Shown here: piece after piece, positions 43,563 through 54,222 of the stretch
Layout: the number at the start of each line of letters is the position of its first letter
Numbering within the stretch: position 1 is the stretch's first letter
Assembly (NCBI GenBank): GCA_963792965.1
Contig: CAWBYW010000007.1
Span: 224,001-288,000 of the forward strand
Length of the DNA stretch: 64,000 nucleotides
From: an uncultured delta proteobacterium
GTDB lineage: Bacteria > Desulfobacterota > Zymogenia > Zymogenales > Zymogenaceae
Reading direction: 5' to 3'
The notes under the pieces: model-generated
Seen by the model: only the letters and a program-made list of their open reading frames with translations
Database searches by the model: none
What the model was told of the DNA's origin: nothing
Program-made: the position numbers and the translations under genes

Positions 43563-43638
43563 TGGCTCCCCGGGCAGGACTCGAACCTGCGGCATGATGG
43601 TTAACAGCCATCCGCTCTACCGACTGAGCTACCGAGGA
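43563..43638 (-). tRNA. tRNA-Asn(GTT)
   Basis: TCCTCGG..., anticodon arm GATGG-CTGTTAA-CCATC, encoded CCA. Confidence 0.97.
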
Positions 43639-43712
43639 ATATGTAATTCTATTATACTACCAGACGAAAGAATAATTTCAAGAAAAAAAAGGCCGTCTCT
43701 AAAATATCGGCC

Positions 43713-44306
43713 TTATCCACCCGCCCCCTTTCTCAGTTCGATGAGCACGAGTTTAGCGACCGCTTTGAGCGTTTCGAAAACGCCGGTCCCCTCGGTGGCC
43801 ACCGACTCAAAGTCGGGCACAGTATTGGGGTTGAGTAGCGATTTCATCTCGGTGACCGGCGCGGCGTTCGGCAGGTCCCGCTTGTTATATTGCACGACGT
43901 AGGGAATCACCTCAAGGTTATAGCCCTGCTCGATAAGGTTTGATTTCAGGTTCTCGATGCTCTCGATATTGGCCTCCATCCGCTCGATCTGGGAATCGGC
44001 CACGAAGACGACGCCGTCCACCCCCTTCAATATCAGCTTCCGGCTCGCATCGTAGAAGACCTGGCCCGGCACCGTGTAGAGATGGAACCGGGTCTTGAAC
44101 CCCCTGATCTCGCCGAGTGAAAGGGGTAGGAAGTCGAAAAAGAGCGTCCTCTCGGTCTCGGTCGCCAGGGAAATCATCTTTCCCTTGGCGTCCGGGTTGG
44201 TCTTTTTATATATCCATTGGAGATTTGTCGTCTTGCCGCAGAGACCGGGACCGTAATAGACGATCTTGCAGTTTATCTCTCGTGCTGGATAATTGATGAA
44301 GGACAT
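43713..44306 (-). CDS. mglA: Small Ras-like GTPase MglA
   Basis: [47 protein letters not shown]. Confidence 0.97.
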   Translation of the reverse strand: MSFINYPAREINCKIVYYGPGLCGKTTNLQWIYKKTNPDAKGKMISLATETERTLFFDFLPLSLGEIRGFKTRFHLYTVPGQVFYDASRKLILKGVDGVVFVADSQIERMEANIESIENLKSNLIEQGYNLEVIPYVVQYNKRDLPNAAPVTEMKSLLNPNTVPDFESVATEGTGVFETLKAVAKLVLIELRKGAGG

Positions 44307-44322
44307 CGAATACCGCTCTCCT

Positions 44323-44811
44323 CTATTCGCTAAAGAGCCTGTCTATATCTTCGTCGGTAATCTCCGCAAAGGGCGAAGCGCCCTCGGCCGTCTTCGCCTC
44401 GACCTTCTTGAGCAGATCATCGAAGATGACGGTCAAGTCTTCTCCGGCTTTTTTCGCCCTCAGCCGAACCAGCCCGAGGGAGGACCGCTCGTCGAAGATG
44501 ATCACCATGATGACGCGCCGGCCCACGATCGAGATATAGATATTATCCCGATACCCCTCGTGGAAGATGATGGTAAATTCTTTCTCCCCGAGGAGTTTCG
44601 CGATGCTCCCCGTGGCGGCGATGTTTCCTGCCGTCAGCGAAGCCAGAGAGGTTGTGTCGAGGTTCTCCGTCTCACCGGTGCTGGCGATGAGCTGCCCGTT
44701 TCTGTCTACTAAGAAAATGACCTTGGAGTTGGTTTCGGAGTAGAGTTTCGTCAAGACATCGTTGATCTTTTTGAACTCTTCTTCGTAGAGGATAAGCTGT
44801 GTGAAGCTCAT
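44323..44811 (-). CDS. mglB: Roadblock/LC7 GAP MglB
   Basis: [41 protein letters not shown]. Confidence 0.95.
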   Translation of the reverse strand: MSFTQLILYEEEFKKINDVLTKLYSETNSKVIFLVDRNGQLIASTGETENLDTTSLASLTAGNIAATGSIAKLLGEKEFTIIFHEGYRDNIYISIVGRRVIMVIIFDERSSLGLVRLRAKKAGEDLTVIFDDLLKKVEAKTAEGASPFAEITDEDIDRLFSE

Positions 44812-44894
44812 CTACTGTCTCCCAAAATAGCCCGCGTACCCAAGAGTTTCATTTATACCAAAGGGTAATGAAAATATCAACACTTTTTTCAATT

Positions 44895-45614
44895 TTATCT
44901 ACAACTGAAACAGAGATCGTAGAAATCCTCGGGCAGGTTTGCGATCTTTCTGATGTAGTCAAGCTGCCTCTTCGGCCCGATATACATCCCACAATTCTTG
45001 CACGTTGCGAGCTCAAACTCGACCTTCCAGTTGTAGATATACCGCTTGCCGTCCCTATCCTCCATCTTGATATAGTTCGTGGGACATACCCAGACGCACG
45101 AGCCGCAGCCGATGCAGGTCTCCGACGCCTCCGCAAACGGCGTCGTCGGCATGCGCTTGGGACCACGGTAAGAGAAGCCGAGCGCGTTGACCCCCACCAC
45201 CTCGCTGCACGCCCGCACACACTGACCACAGACGATGCAGTCGTCGTCGGTCTCAACGAGCCTTCCCCCTTTCACGCCGAGACGATCGGCCAGGGCGAGT
45301 ATCGTCTTGTTTTTCGGTGCCCGCGCCAACAAGAGCTCCATGATCACGTTCCTGGTCTTGACGACCTTTTCCGTATCGGTCCTTACGATCAAGCCCTCCT
45401 CCGCCGGATAGTTGCAGGAGGTCACGACCCGCGTCCTTCCGGCCCTCTCGATCTCAACCAGACACATGCGGCACGCACCGTAGGGCACGAGGGCGTCGTT
45501 GTTGCAGAGCGTCGGGATATAGACGTTTTTCTTACGGGCGGCTATCAGGATGGGCTGCCCCGCTTTAACCTTCTCGGGGGAATCGTTGAGCGTAATGGTA
45601 ATCATATCGTCCAT
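44895..45614 (-). CDS. HydA/NuoG N-terminal-like Fe-S subunit (BfuA-like, no H-cluster)
   Basis: [2Fe-2S] motif PTLC...GACRMC...SC, two [4Fe-4S] motifs, C-terminal CKNC...CFSC. Confidence 0.85.
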   Translation of the reverse strand: MDDMITITLNDSPEKVKAGQPILIAARKKNVYIPTLCNNDALVPYGACRMCLVEIERAGRTRVVTSCNYPAEEGLIVRTDTEKVVKTRNVIMELLLARAPKNKTILALADRLGVKGGRLVETDDDCIVCGQCVRACSEVVGVNALGFSYRGPKRMPTTPFAEASETCIGCGSCVWVCPTNYIKMEDRDGKRYIYNWKVEFELATCKNCGMYIGPKRQLDYIRKIANLPEDFYDLCFSCR

Positions 45615-45622
45615 GGAAACCT

Positions 45623-47497
45623 CTACCGTATTTTCACCGCGTCCACCGGGCAGATCTCGAAGCATGCCCGGCAGCGGATGCAGATCGATTCGTCGATAAC
45701 GTGGGGGACTTTCTTCTCGCCCGTGATACAGTCGACCGGGCAGACCTTCTTACACTTGCCGCAGGCGATGCAGGTCTCTTTGTCGATAAAGAGCGTAATC
45801 AGCTTTGCGCAAACACAGGCGGGGCACTTCTTGTCACGGATGTGGGCCTCGTATTCATCACGGAAGTACCTGATGGTCGACATGACCGGGTTGGGAGCGC
45901 TGCTGCCGAGCCCGCAGAGCGAGCCGAGCATCATCCCTTGGCCGATCTCCTCCAACAGCTCTATGTCGCCTTCCTTTCCGTTTCCTTCTGTGATGCGGGT
46001 GAGTATTGCGAGGTACTGTGGAAGCCCCTCCCGGCACGGGGTGCACTTTCCGCACGACTCATCAACAAGGAAGTTGATGAAGTAGCGCGCCACGTCCACC
46101 ATGCAGTTCCCCTCGTCCATGACGATCATGCCGCCCGATCCCATCATCGACCCGAGCTTAGTCAGCTCGTCGAAGTCCACCGGCGTGTCAAGGTAGGACG
46201 CGGGGATGCATCCGCCGGACGGCCCACCTGTTTGAACGGCCTTGAACTTCTTGTCACCCCGGATGCCGCCGCCGATATCGTAGATGATCTCGCGCAGCGT
46301 CAGCCCCATGGGCACCTCGACCAGGCCGACGTTCTTGACGTTTCCTACCAGGGAGAAGACCTTGGTGCCTTTGCTGTTTTGAGTCCCGATGCTCTTAAAC
46401 CAGTCGGCGCCCCGCGTGATGATCAAGGGGACGTTGGCCCAGGTTTCCACGTTATTGAGGTTGGTGGGCATGTCCCAGAGGCCCTTCTCGGAGGTGTGGA
46501 TATATTTCGCCTGTGGCTCGCCGGCCTTACCCATGATTGACTGCATGAGGGCCGAAGACTCGCCGCAGACGAACGCCCCGCCGCCCCGATTTATCTCGAC
46601 GTCAAAGGAAAAGCCGCTTCCCAGGATGTTATCGCCCAAGAGCCCATATTCCTTGGCGTCTGTGATGGCCTGTGCGAGGTTCTTGACCGCCAGCGGGTAT
46701 TCCATCCTGACGTAGATGTATCCTTTCGGGGCGCCGATGGCAAACGCGCCGATAATCATTCCCTCGATGACGCTGTGAGGGGCTGCCTCCATGATCGAGC
46801 GGTCCATGAAGGCCCCGGGATCTCCCTCGTCGCCGTTGCAGACGACGTATCTGGTCGTGCCCGGCGCTTTCTTCGTCGTTCGCCACTTCCGCCCGGCCAC
46901 GAAACCGCCCCCGCCGCGTCCCCTCAATCCCGCCTTCTCCACCTCATCGATGATCCGGTCGGGTTCCAGCTCGGTCAGCGCCTTGGCGAGGCCCGCGTAG
47001 CCACCATGTGCGATGTAGTCGTCGATATCCGTGGGAACGATCTTCCCGTTGTCCCTGAGCACCAGCCTCATCTGGTGCTTATAGAAGGGGATGTCTTCCT
47101 CATGAGCGATCTTCTGCTTGGTATTCGGGTCCTGATAGAGGAACTTATCGTGGGGCACGCCCTCCACGAGGGTCTTCGTGATCAATTCGCCGACCGCTTT
47201 TGCGGTCACCTTCTGATAGAAGATCCGCTGTGGCGCGAAGATGACCAGCGGCCCGCGCTCACAAAACCCTGCGCAGCCGGTCATCCGCACGTTGACGTTG
47301 GCCTGTATCCCCTGATTTTTCAGCTCTTCCTCGAAGGCTCGGGCGACATCGAGGCTCCCGTTGGAGAGGCACCCCGTCCCGCCGCAGACGAAGATCGTCT
47401 GCTGATTCGGGTCCTGTTTTTCAAGGATCGATTTTCGATGGGCTTCAAGAGCAGCCGCCGATTCCAGTCTCATCGCATCAAACCTTTTTAGTGCCAC
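45623..47497 (-). CDS. HydB/NuoF-like NADH/FMN subunit (BfuB-like)
   Basis: N-terminal thioredoxin-like [2Fe-2S], [39 protein letters not shown]-terminal 2x[4Fe-4S]. Confidence 0.92.
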   Translation of the reverse strand: MALKRFDAMRLESAAALEAHRKSILEKQDPNQQTIFVCGGTGCLSNGSLDVARAFEEELKNQGIQANVNVRMTGCAGFCERGPLVIFAPQRIFYQKVTAKAVGELITKTLVEGVPHDKFLYQDPNTKQKIAHEEDIPFYKHQMRLVLRDNGKIVPTDIDDYIAHGGYAGLAKALTELEPDRIIDEVEKAGLRGRGGGGFVAGRKWRTTKKAPGTTRYVVCNGDEGDPGAFMDRSIMEAAPHSVIEGMIIGAFAIGAPKGYIYVRMEYPLAVKNLAQAITDAKEYGLLGDNILGSGFSFDVEINRGGGAFVCGESSALMQSIMGKAGEPQAKYIHTSEKGLWDMPTNLNNVETWANVPLIITRGADWFKSIGTQNSKGTKVFSLVGNVKNVGLVEVPMGLTLREIIYDIGGGIRGDKKFKAVQTGGPSGGCIPASYLDTPVDFDELTKLGSMMGSGGMIVMDEGNCMVDVARYFINFLVDESCGKCTPCREGLPQYLAILTRITEGNGKEGDIELLEEIGQGMMLGSLCGLGSSAPNPVMSTIRYFRDEYEAHIRDKKCPACVCAKLITLFIDKETCIACGKCKKVCPVDCITGEKKVPHVIDESICIRCRACFEICPVDAVKIR

Positions 47498-47682
47498 CCG
47501 TCGACATCCGGAGGATGCGTGCGGGGCTGGGCAAAGAGTATGTGATAAAGAGATCTATTGAGAGGACGTTGCCTACCTCACGATAAAGGCGATGTGCCGT
47601 CTCTCTTCAGATCCGACCTGATTAACGTCTTTCGCTCAAAGAGCCGTAACGATGCGCAGCGCCGCCGAGACGGCATATGTGG

Positions 47683-48151
47683 TCAGCTCTTCGTCTTATA
47701 GAGATCCAATATCTTCTTGATCTTATCGAGCGTCATCTTCCCGTGGTTTTCCTCGTCAACCTGCACCAGCGGCGCAAGGGCGCAGGCACCCAGGCAGTTG
47801 ACCGTCTCAAGGGTAAACTGCTTGTCCTTCGTCGTCTGGCCCGCCTTGACCCCGAGGGTGCCGCTCGAATCCTTCGGCGATCCGCTTCCCCCCGGAGATG
47901 TGGCACGCCGTTCCGAGGCATACCCGGACCTCGTGCATACCACGGGGGACGAGCGAAAAGGTCTTATAGAAGGTGGCGACATGATATATCTGCGGCTCGG
48001 GGATGCTCAGCACCTCGGAGAGCCTCCTGACCGCCTCGCGCGGCACATATCGAAACCGCGTCTGGATATCCTGCAGCATCAGTATGACCCTCGAGGGGTT
48101 CTTCCCGTAGTTCTCGATAACGTCGTCAACCTGCGATACATCGTAATCCAT
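47683..48151 (-). CDS. HydC/NuoE-like [2Fe-2S] subunit (frameshift near 47862)
   Basis: VATFY, VCLGTACH in frame 1; CLGACALAP in frame 2. Confidence 0.88.
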
Positions 48152-48154
48152 GGC

Positions 48155-49093
48155 TCACCCGATCTCTAGTTTTGTCAGCGCGACGAGTTTTTCGTATTCT
48201 TCCGTCACCCGCCTCTGGATGAGGTCGATGTCCTTGTCCGTGAGGTGCCGAAATCTCCCCTGTCCCGCAAGGTAGTCCCGGACCGGCCTCAGCTTCGGCA
48301 CGTCCATGGTGAGGCGATACTTTCCCTTCACGACCTCAAAGAGCGGGAATGCCCCGGTTTCAACGGCGAGCCTCCCGTACTTGATGGCCAGATGCGACGG
48401 GATGCGCCAGCCGGTGGGGCAGACCGACAGGACATGGAGGTAGGCAGGTCCCCCCGACTCGATGGCCCGCCCTACCTTTGTCTGGAGATCGAAGGGATAG
48501 CTCGAGCAGGACGTGGCGACGTACGGAATATTATGCGCCACGGCGATGGCCGCCATGTTCTTTTTCCACGTATGCTGTCCGACCGAGTCCTTCCCCGCGG
48601 GCGACGTCGTCGTTGCGGCGCCGTAGGGGGTTGAGCTTGACCGCTGGATGCCGGTGTTCATGTACGCCTCGTTATCGAAGCAGACGTAGATGAAGTCCTC
48701 GTGCATACGCTCCAGCGCCCCAGAAAGCGCCTGGAGCCCGATATCGGTCGTCCCGCCGTCGCCGCCCATACCCACCGAGATAATCCGCTTCTTCGGGATC
48801 TTCCCTTTTCGCTTCAGCGCCTTTAAGCCCGCGGCTACGCCCGAGGCGACCGCGGCCGCGTTCTCGAACGTAACGTGGATCCAGGGCACCTTCCAGGAGG
48901 TCAGCGGCAGCGGAGAGGAAACGATCTCCATGCAACCCGTGGCGTTGGAGATGACGATGTCCCGCCCGAGGGCCTTTAACACGTGCCGGACGGCCAGCGC
49001 CTCCGCGCAACCCTGACAGGCCCGATGGCCGGAGGTGAAGTTTTCTTCCCGGTTGGTCAGATTGGGAACGTAGACGGTATATTGGTCGATCAT
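48155..49093 (-). CDS. porB: Pyruvate/2-oxoacid:ferredoxin oxidoreductase beta subunit
   Basis: GHRACQGC, ATGCME, FENAAAVASG, GGDGGTTDIG, DNEAYMNTGIQRS. Confidence 0.9.
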   Translation of the reverse strand: MIDQYTVYVPNLTNREENFTSGHRACQGCAEALAVRHVLKALGRDIVISNATGCMEIVSSPLPLTSWKVPWIHVTFENAAAVASGVAAGLKALKRKGKIPKKRIISVGMGGDGGTTDIGLQALSGALERMHEDFIYVCFDNEAYMNTGIQRSSSTPYGAATTTSPAGKDSVGQHTWKKNMAAIAVAHNIPYVATSCSSYPFDLQTKVGRAIESGGPAYLHVLSVCPTGWRIPSHLAIKYGRLAVETGAFPLFEVVKGKYRLTMDVPKLRPVRDYLAGQGRFRHLTDKDIDLIQRRVTEEYEKLVALTKLEIG

Positions 49094-50265
49094 TCTCTCA
49101 CCCCCACCATCACGAATTCATTCCACCTCCCCTTCTTTACGCCGTCCATCGCCGCATCATACATCTCGATGAACTTCTCAGGCGGGACGTCCCTGCCCGA
49201 GAGGCCGGCGATGTACGAAAAAACGTTGGGCCGCTTGTCGAGACGGTAGAGAGCCGTCTTGATCTCGGAGGCCAGCGGCCCGCCGACCCCGCCCACCGAG
49301 AGGGCCCGATCCACCACGAGGAGATTCCTGAATTTCTCAAGCGTGCTGATCACATCATCGTACGGGAAGGGCCGAAAGAGCCGGAACTTTACCAGCCCCA
49401 CCTTCTTACCCTCGTCTCTGAGCCGATCGACGACCTCCATGCCGAGCTCCCCGTAGCTCCCGATCGTCACGAAGACGGTGTCGGCGTCATCAGTCCGGTA
49501 TTCCTCCAGCGGCGTGTAGCGCCGACCCGTGATCCGCTCCCATTCTTCCCACACCTGTGTGATCACCGCGTAGGAGCCGCGCAGCGTCGCGTCGTGGGCC
49601 TTCTTGGTCTCGGTAAACATCTCCGGCATGGCAAAGGCGCCCATCGTCACGGGGTGGTCCGGGTGGAGGGTATAGAGGGGAGCGAACGGGGGCAGGAAAT
49701 CTCTCACCGTTTTTTCATCCATCGTCTCGAAGGGCTCGATGACATGGCTGAGGATAAATCCGTCCATATTGATCGCGACGGGCAAGAGCACCCTTCGGTC
49801 TTCCGCGATCTTGAAGGCACAGATCGTCTGGTCGAAGCTCTCCTGTCCGCTCTCTGCAAATATCATAATCCAGCCGCAGTCCCGGTTGGCCATGATGTCG
49901 CTCTGATCATTCCAGATCGAGAGGGGCGCAGACAACGTCCGGTTGACCACCGTCATCACGATAGGAAGCTGCATCGCCGATACGACGTAGAGGAGCTCGC
50001 TCATGAGCTGCAGCCCCTGGGAGCTCGTGGCGGTATACGTGCGGGCGCCGGCCGCCGAGCTTCCGGCGCAGGCGCTCATCGCCGAGTGCTCGCTCTCCAC
50101 GCAGATATATTCCGCGTCTACCTTCCCGTCGGCCACCAGCTCCGACAGGTGCTCCACGATGTGGGTCTGGGGCGTAATGGGGTAGGCCGCGATAACGTCC
50201 ACGTCGACGAGCTTAACCGCCTCAGATACCATGAGTGATACTTCCATTCCGAGACGTTTGCCCAT
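49090..50265 (-). CDS. porA: Pyruvate/2-oxoacid:ferredoxin oxidoreductase alpha subunit
   Basis: AAYPITPQT, VESEHSAMS, TATSSQGL, DGFILSH. Confidence 0.9.
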   Translation of the reverse strand: MGKRLGMEVSLMVSEAVKLVDVDVIAAYPITPQTHIVEHLSELVADGKVDAEYICVESEHSAMSACAGSSAAGARTYTATSSQGLQLMSELLYVVSAMQLPIVMTVVNRTLSAPLSIWNDQSDIMANRDCGWIMIFAESGQESFDQTICAFKIAEDRRVLLPVAINMDGFILSHVIEPFETMDEKTVRDFLPPFAPLYTLHPDHPVTMGAFAMPEMFTETKKAHDATLRGSYAVITQVWEEWERITGRRYTPLEEYRTDDADTVFVTIGSYGELGMEVVDRLRDEGKKVGLVKFRLFRPFPYDDVISTLEKFRNLLVVDRALSVGGVGGPLASEIKTALYRLDKRPNVFSYIAGLSGRDVPPEKFIEMYDAAMDGVKKGRWNEFVMVGVRE

Positions 50266-50559
50266 TTACGCCACCTCCTCGATCATCGTGATGCAATGGG
50301 TGATACACTCATGGGCGCAGATACCGCATCCCTTGCAGTAATTGTAGTCGGCGGTAAAATAGCCGTCTTCCTTCCGGAAGATCGCATTGTCCGGGCAGAA
50401 ATTCCAGCAGATACCGCACTTGATGCACTTCTGCTCGTTCCATACGGGTCGCTGGGACTTCCAATCGCCGGTGTGATACACCACCGCGTTTCCCGGCTCA
50501 TCGATCACGTTTCCGGGGTTGAGGTCCCTGACCGTGTATTCTTCCATAGGCTTCGGCAC
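50266..50559 (-). CDS. porD: Oxidoreductase delta (ferredoxin-like) subunit
   Basis: TGDWKSQRP, CIKCGICWNFCP, CKGCGICAHEC. Confidence 0.9.
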   Translation of the reverse strand: MPKPMEEYTVRDLNPGNVIDEPGNAVVYHTGDWKSQRPVWNEQKCIKCGICWNFCPDNAIFRKEDGYFTADYNYCKGCGICAHECITHCITMIEEVA

Positions 50560-50562
50560 GGG

Positions 50563-51111
50563 TTATACCTCCATCTTCGTTTCGGCCAACGCCCTTTTCA
50601 TGGCATTAATATTCTTTTCGGCGATTCTGCCGAACCGGTTCTTGAGGGGCTCGATCATATCGTCTTCCTTGACCACATCCGACGTTGCCAAAAGCGCCCC
50701 GAGCATCGTCGTATTCGTGATGGGAAGTCCCAACGTCTCCTTGGCAATGGTAGTGGCGTCGACCACCGCCAGGCGCGTGGTATACCCAAACTGTTTCCTG
50801 AGGTCCGCGATGCTCTTGTGCGTATTAATGATGACGATCCCCCCCTCTTTCAGCCCCTTGGTGGGGTTGACGATGGTAAGGAGGCTCGGGTCGAGCACGA
50901 CCGCAACGTCCGGCTTGTATATTTTGGTCCGGAGCCTGATCGGTTTCGTGTCGATACGAGCAAACGCGATAACGGGGGCTCCCCGCCGCTCGGGACCGAA
51001 GTTGGGAAAGGCCTGGGCGTATTTCCCCTCGGAGATAGCAGCCAGCGCCAGCATCTCGGCAGAGGTCACCGCTCCCTGTCCCCCCCTCCCGTGGAATATA
51101 ATCTCTATCAC
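50563..51111 (-). CDS. porC: Oxidoreductase gamma subunit
   Basis: HGRGGQGAVT, FGPERRGAP, NTTMLGA; GTG start with GGAGG RBS. Confidence 0.9.
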   Translation of the reverse strand: MIEIIFHGRGGQGAVTSAEMLALAAISEGKYAQAFPNFGPERRGAPVIAFARIDTKPIRLRTKIYKPDVAVVLDPSLLTIVNPTKGLKEGGIVIINTHKSIADLRKQFGYTTRLAVVDATTIAKETLGLPITNTTMLGALLATSDVVKEDDMIEPLKNRFGRIAEKNINAMKRALAETKMEV

Positions 51112-51245
51112 GTAGCCTCCTGTCGAATAGGCAGGTGAGACGGGCGCGCGCACTTCCCGTATTGTCCTGCGAAAACGGAGAAGTATCTAATACCAAAAAT
51201 GTCAGCTTTGTCAAGGAAAATGGACAAGAGCACCCTCTTTCGTCG

Positions 51246-51842
51246 TCATAATTCGCGGCGATTCGTCAGGGCCGCCGTCAGTGTCTGAGAATCGAAATAT
51301 TCGATGTCTCCCCCCGCCGGGACACCCTCGGCGATTCGCGTGATCCGTACCCCCGTCCCGGAGAGTCGCTCCTGGATGTAGTGTGCGGTCACCTCCCCCT
51401 CTTTTGTAGGATTGGTTGCGATGATGATCTCCTTTACCGCCCCCGAGCCGATCCGATATTTCAGCTCGTCGATCCTCAGATCGTCGGGGCCGACACCCGA
51501 GATCGGAGAGAGGAGCCCGCCGAGGATATGATAGACTCCCCCGAAAGACCCGCTCTTCTCCATCGCCATGAGATCCCGGGGATCCTCCAGGACACAAATG
51601 ATCGAGTGGTCCCGCTTGGGACTGGCGCAGATCGGACACGGATCGGTCGTGGAGAAATTGAAGCAGTGCGAGCAGACCTTGATGGTGTCCTTGACCTGTG
51701 CGATCGCCTGCGCGATTCCCCGCGCGTCCCGCGCCGACATCGCGATGATGGCATAGGCGAACCGCTGGGCCGTCTTTTCACCGACCCCCGGCAGCCTTCT
51801 TAATGCATCGATAAGATCTTTGATCGGGTCTTCGTGGGGCAT
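51246..51842 (-). CDS. recR: Recombination mediator RecR
   Basis: LPGVGEKTAQR, C4 zinc finger, Toprim motif ATNPTKEGE. Confidence 0.96.
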   Translation of the reverse strand: MPHEDPIKDLIDALRRLPGVGEKTAQRFAYAIIAMSARDARGIAQAIAQVKDTIKVCSHCFNFSTTDPCPICASPKRDHSIICVLEDPRDLMAMEKSGSFGGVYHILGGLLSPISGVGPDDLRIDELKYRIGSGAVKEIIIATNPTKEGEVTAHYIQERLSGTGVRITRIAEGVPAGGDIEYFDSQTLTAALTNRREL

Positions 51843-51844
51843 CT

Positions 51845-52171
51845 CTAAAAATTGAGACCCGGGATGGGGAGTCCTCCCGTTACCTTGGACATTTCTTCTT
51901 TGACCATCTCCTGCGCCTTGGTTATCCCTTCATTGACGCCGGCCAGTACCAGGTCCTGCAGCATCTCGATGTCGTTAGGATCGATTACGTCTTTTTCTAT
52001 CTTAATGGAGATGACCTCAAGCCGGCCGCTGACGACGACCGTCACCATCCCGCCGCCGGATGACGCCTCCACGGTCTTGGTCGCCACTTCTTCCTGCACG
52101 CGCATGAGCTGTTGCTGCATTTTCTGGGCCTGTTTCATGATATCGCCCAGGCCGCCACCCATTCGGGCCAT
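51845..52171 (-). CDS. ybaB: YbaB/EbfC nucleoid-associated protein
   Basis: MKQAQKMQ, SGGGMVTV, EMLQDLV; dnaX-ybaB-recR order. Confidence 0.95.
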   Translation of the reverse strand: MARMGGGLGDIMKQAQKMQQQLMRVQEEVATKTVEASSGGGMVTVVVSGRLEVISIKIEKDVIDPNDIEMLQDLVLAGVNEGITKAQEMVKEEMSKVTGGLPIPGLNF

Positions 52172-52186
52172 ATGCCTCCTCCTCTC

Positions 52187-53849
52187 TTATTTCTTGCCGG
52201 GGGTATATCCCTCCACCGTCACATCCGAAAACACCTTCTTGATATTTCTTGTCGTATCCGATTCGAGGAGATCTCCGGAAGGATCTTTCTTTTCCGAGAC
52301 CATCGGTACCTCTTCGCGCTCGGGCCCCTCATAGTGACCCCCTTCGACGCCGACGAGAGAAACCGCAAGCTCCCTCTTGAAATATTCCCGAAATTCGCTC
52401 TTGATCTTATCGAGCTTTCCCTGTCCCCCGATCAGGTGGGTATACTTTTGAGGCATCTTAATGACGACGACGTCCTCTTCGATATCGATCGAAACCGCGT
52501 GTATCAAGTATGAATGCGTTATCGGGTCCTTTCCGACGAGATAGGAAAGGAACGCCTTTATGCTGTCGGCAGAATTCGCATCCTTCTTTTCCTCACCGAC
52601 AGCCTCTTTTCCCTGCTCGGCTTGCACGGTCGGCGCCCGCTGTGTGCCCACCGGGGCCTGTGAGAAGTCAAAAGAGAGGGCCTTCGTATCAGATGGCGGT
52701 ATATCAAACGCCTTCATGTCCAGTCGGGAGAGCCTCTCGATCGCCTCCGCTATCGGCTCGACGTAGCCCATGCGGGTCATCTTGATGAGAAGGAGCTCCA
52801 TGGCGATTCGCGGGTCCGTGCTGGTCCTGATCGAAAACTCCGCCGAAAACAGGACATTGAAGATCAGCGTCAGCTCGTCGAGCGTGAGGGCGTTTCCGAT
52901 CTCGGTGAGCTCCTGTCGTTCCTCGGCCGTGAGGTCCGGCGTCGATATCGTGGGGGCCGCCTTTATGAGGAGCTGGTTTCGCATCAGGTCTACCAGCTCT
53001 CGGTAGTACTGGGCGATGTCATACCCCTGGTTATACACGTCGGACAAAAGATAGATTGCCAAGGACGCGTCCCGCCCCGCCAGCGCCGCCACCATCTTGA
53101 AAAGGAGGGAGCGGTCCGTCAGCCCTAACACCTCACGAACGGCCTCCTCCCCCAGCGTTGCCCCGGAGTAGCCGATTACCTGATCCAGGAGGCTTTGGGC
53201 GTCGCGCATGCTTCCCCCCGCCTCCCGCGCGATCACCGAAAGGGCGCCGCCCGATACCGCAATCCCCTCTTTTTCGGAGATTTCCAGGAGTCTCTTTTCG
53301 ATCTCCACGGCGCTGATCCTCCGAAAATCGAAGCGCTGTGTCCGCGAGAGGATCGTGATCGGGATTTTATGAGATTCGGTCGTCGCGAAATATAAAGATT
53401 ACATGGGACGGCGGCTCCTCGAGTATCTTGAGCAGCGCGTTGAAGGCGTTGATGGACAGCATGTGGACTTCATCGATGATGTAGATATTGTAGCGTCCCG
53501 CCGACGGCAGGTAACGGACGTTTTCCCTGAGCTCCCTGATATCGTCGACGCCCGTGTTCGAGGCCCCGTCGATCTCATAGACGTCGGTAACGCTCCCGTC
53601 GGTGATGCCTTTGCACATGGCGCATTCGTTACAGGGCTGGGGCGTCGGACCTTTTTCGCAGTTGAGCGCCTTGGCCAGGAGCCGCGCGACGGTGGTCTTC
53701 CCGACCCCGCGCGGGCCAGAGAAGAGATAGGCATGCGCGATCCTTCCCAGCGTGATCGCGTTTTTCAGCGTCCGGGTTACGTGCCCCTGGCCGACTACCT
53801 CTTCAAAGGTCTGCGGCCTGTATTTTCTCGCGATTACAAGGTATGACAT
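52187..53849 (-). CDS. dnaX: DNA polymerase III gamma/tau (frameshift near 53388)
   Basis: [29 protein letters not shown]; removing one T gives [24 protein letters not shown] and joins 52187..53308. Confidence 0.94.
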
Positions 53850-53870
53850 CGTAGATTAAAAACGGATATG

Positions 53871-53978
53871 TGTGATAGCTAGGCGCCCCTGCGGCACACA
53901 GAGAGGACCTCTACCGCTGCTTCCTTCCGGACCTGACGGGGTTTGAGGACATCTATTGCACAGGACCCAGCTATCACA
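53871..53978 (-). ncRNA. ffs: Signal recognition particle RNA (4.5S)
   Basis: Domain IV GTCAGGTCCGGAAGGAAGCAGC in a long hairpin closed by TGTGATAGCT/AGCTATCACA; upstream of dnaX. Confidence 0.95.
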
Positions 53979-54001
53979 GATATCCGCTTTGTGGCAGGTA
54001 G

Positions 54002-54092
54002 TGGCGGAGAGAGTGGGATTTGAACCCACGGTGCGTTATTAGCGCACACACGATTTCCAATCGTGCTCCTTAAGCCGCTCGGACATCTCTCC
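54002..54092 (-). tRNA. tRNA-Ser(GGA)
   Basis: GGAGAGA..., CACGA-TTGGAAA-TCGTG, long variable arm, CCA. Confidence 0.97.
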
Positions 54093-54119
54093 ACTATTGA
54101 AACTGTGAGCTCTATATCC

Positions 54120-54213
54120 TGGCGGAGAGGGTGGGATTCGAACCCACGTGGGAGGTATAAGCCCCCAAGCCGATTTCGAGTCGGCCCCGTTACGACCACT
54201 TCGGTACCTCTCC
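54120..54213 (-). tRNA. tRNA-Ser(CGA)
   Basis: GGAGAGG..., GCCGA-CTCGAAA-TCGGC, long variable arm, CCA. Confidence 0.97.
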
Positions 54214-54222
54214 ATTGATACC

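Noticed and set aside
28427-43638. Accessory-looking block next to tRNA-Asn as a genomic island
   Set aside because: No integrase, no duplicated tRNA 3' end found, and composition resembles the flanking DNA.
44895-48151. [FeFe]-hydrogenase or complex I nuoEFG
   Set aside because: No H-cluster motifs, no maturases and no other nuo genes.
53367-53400. dnaX split as a programmed gamma/tau frameshift
   Set aside because: The break lies inside the AAA+ domain (about codon 154) with no A-AAA-AAG slippery site; it fits a one-base error like the other seven.
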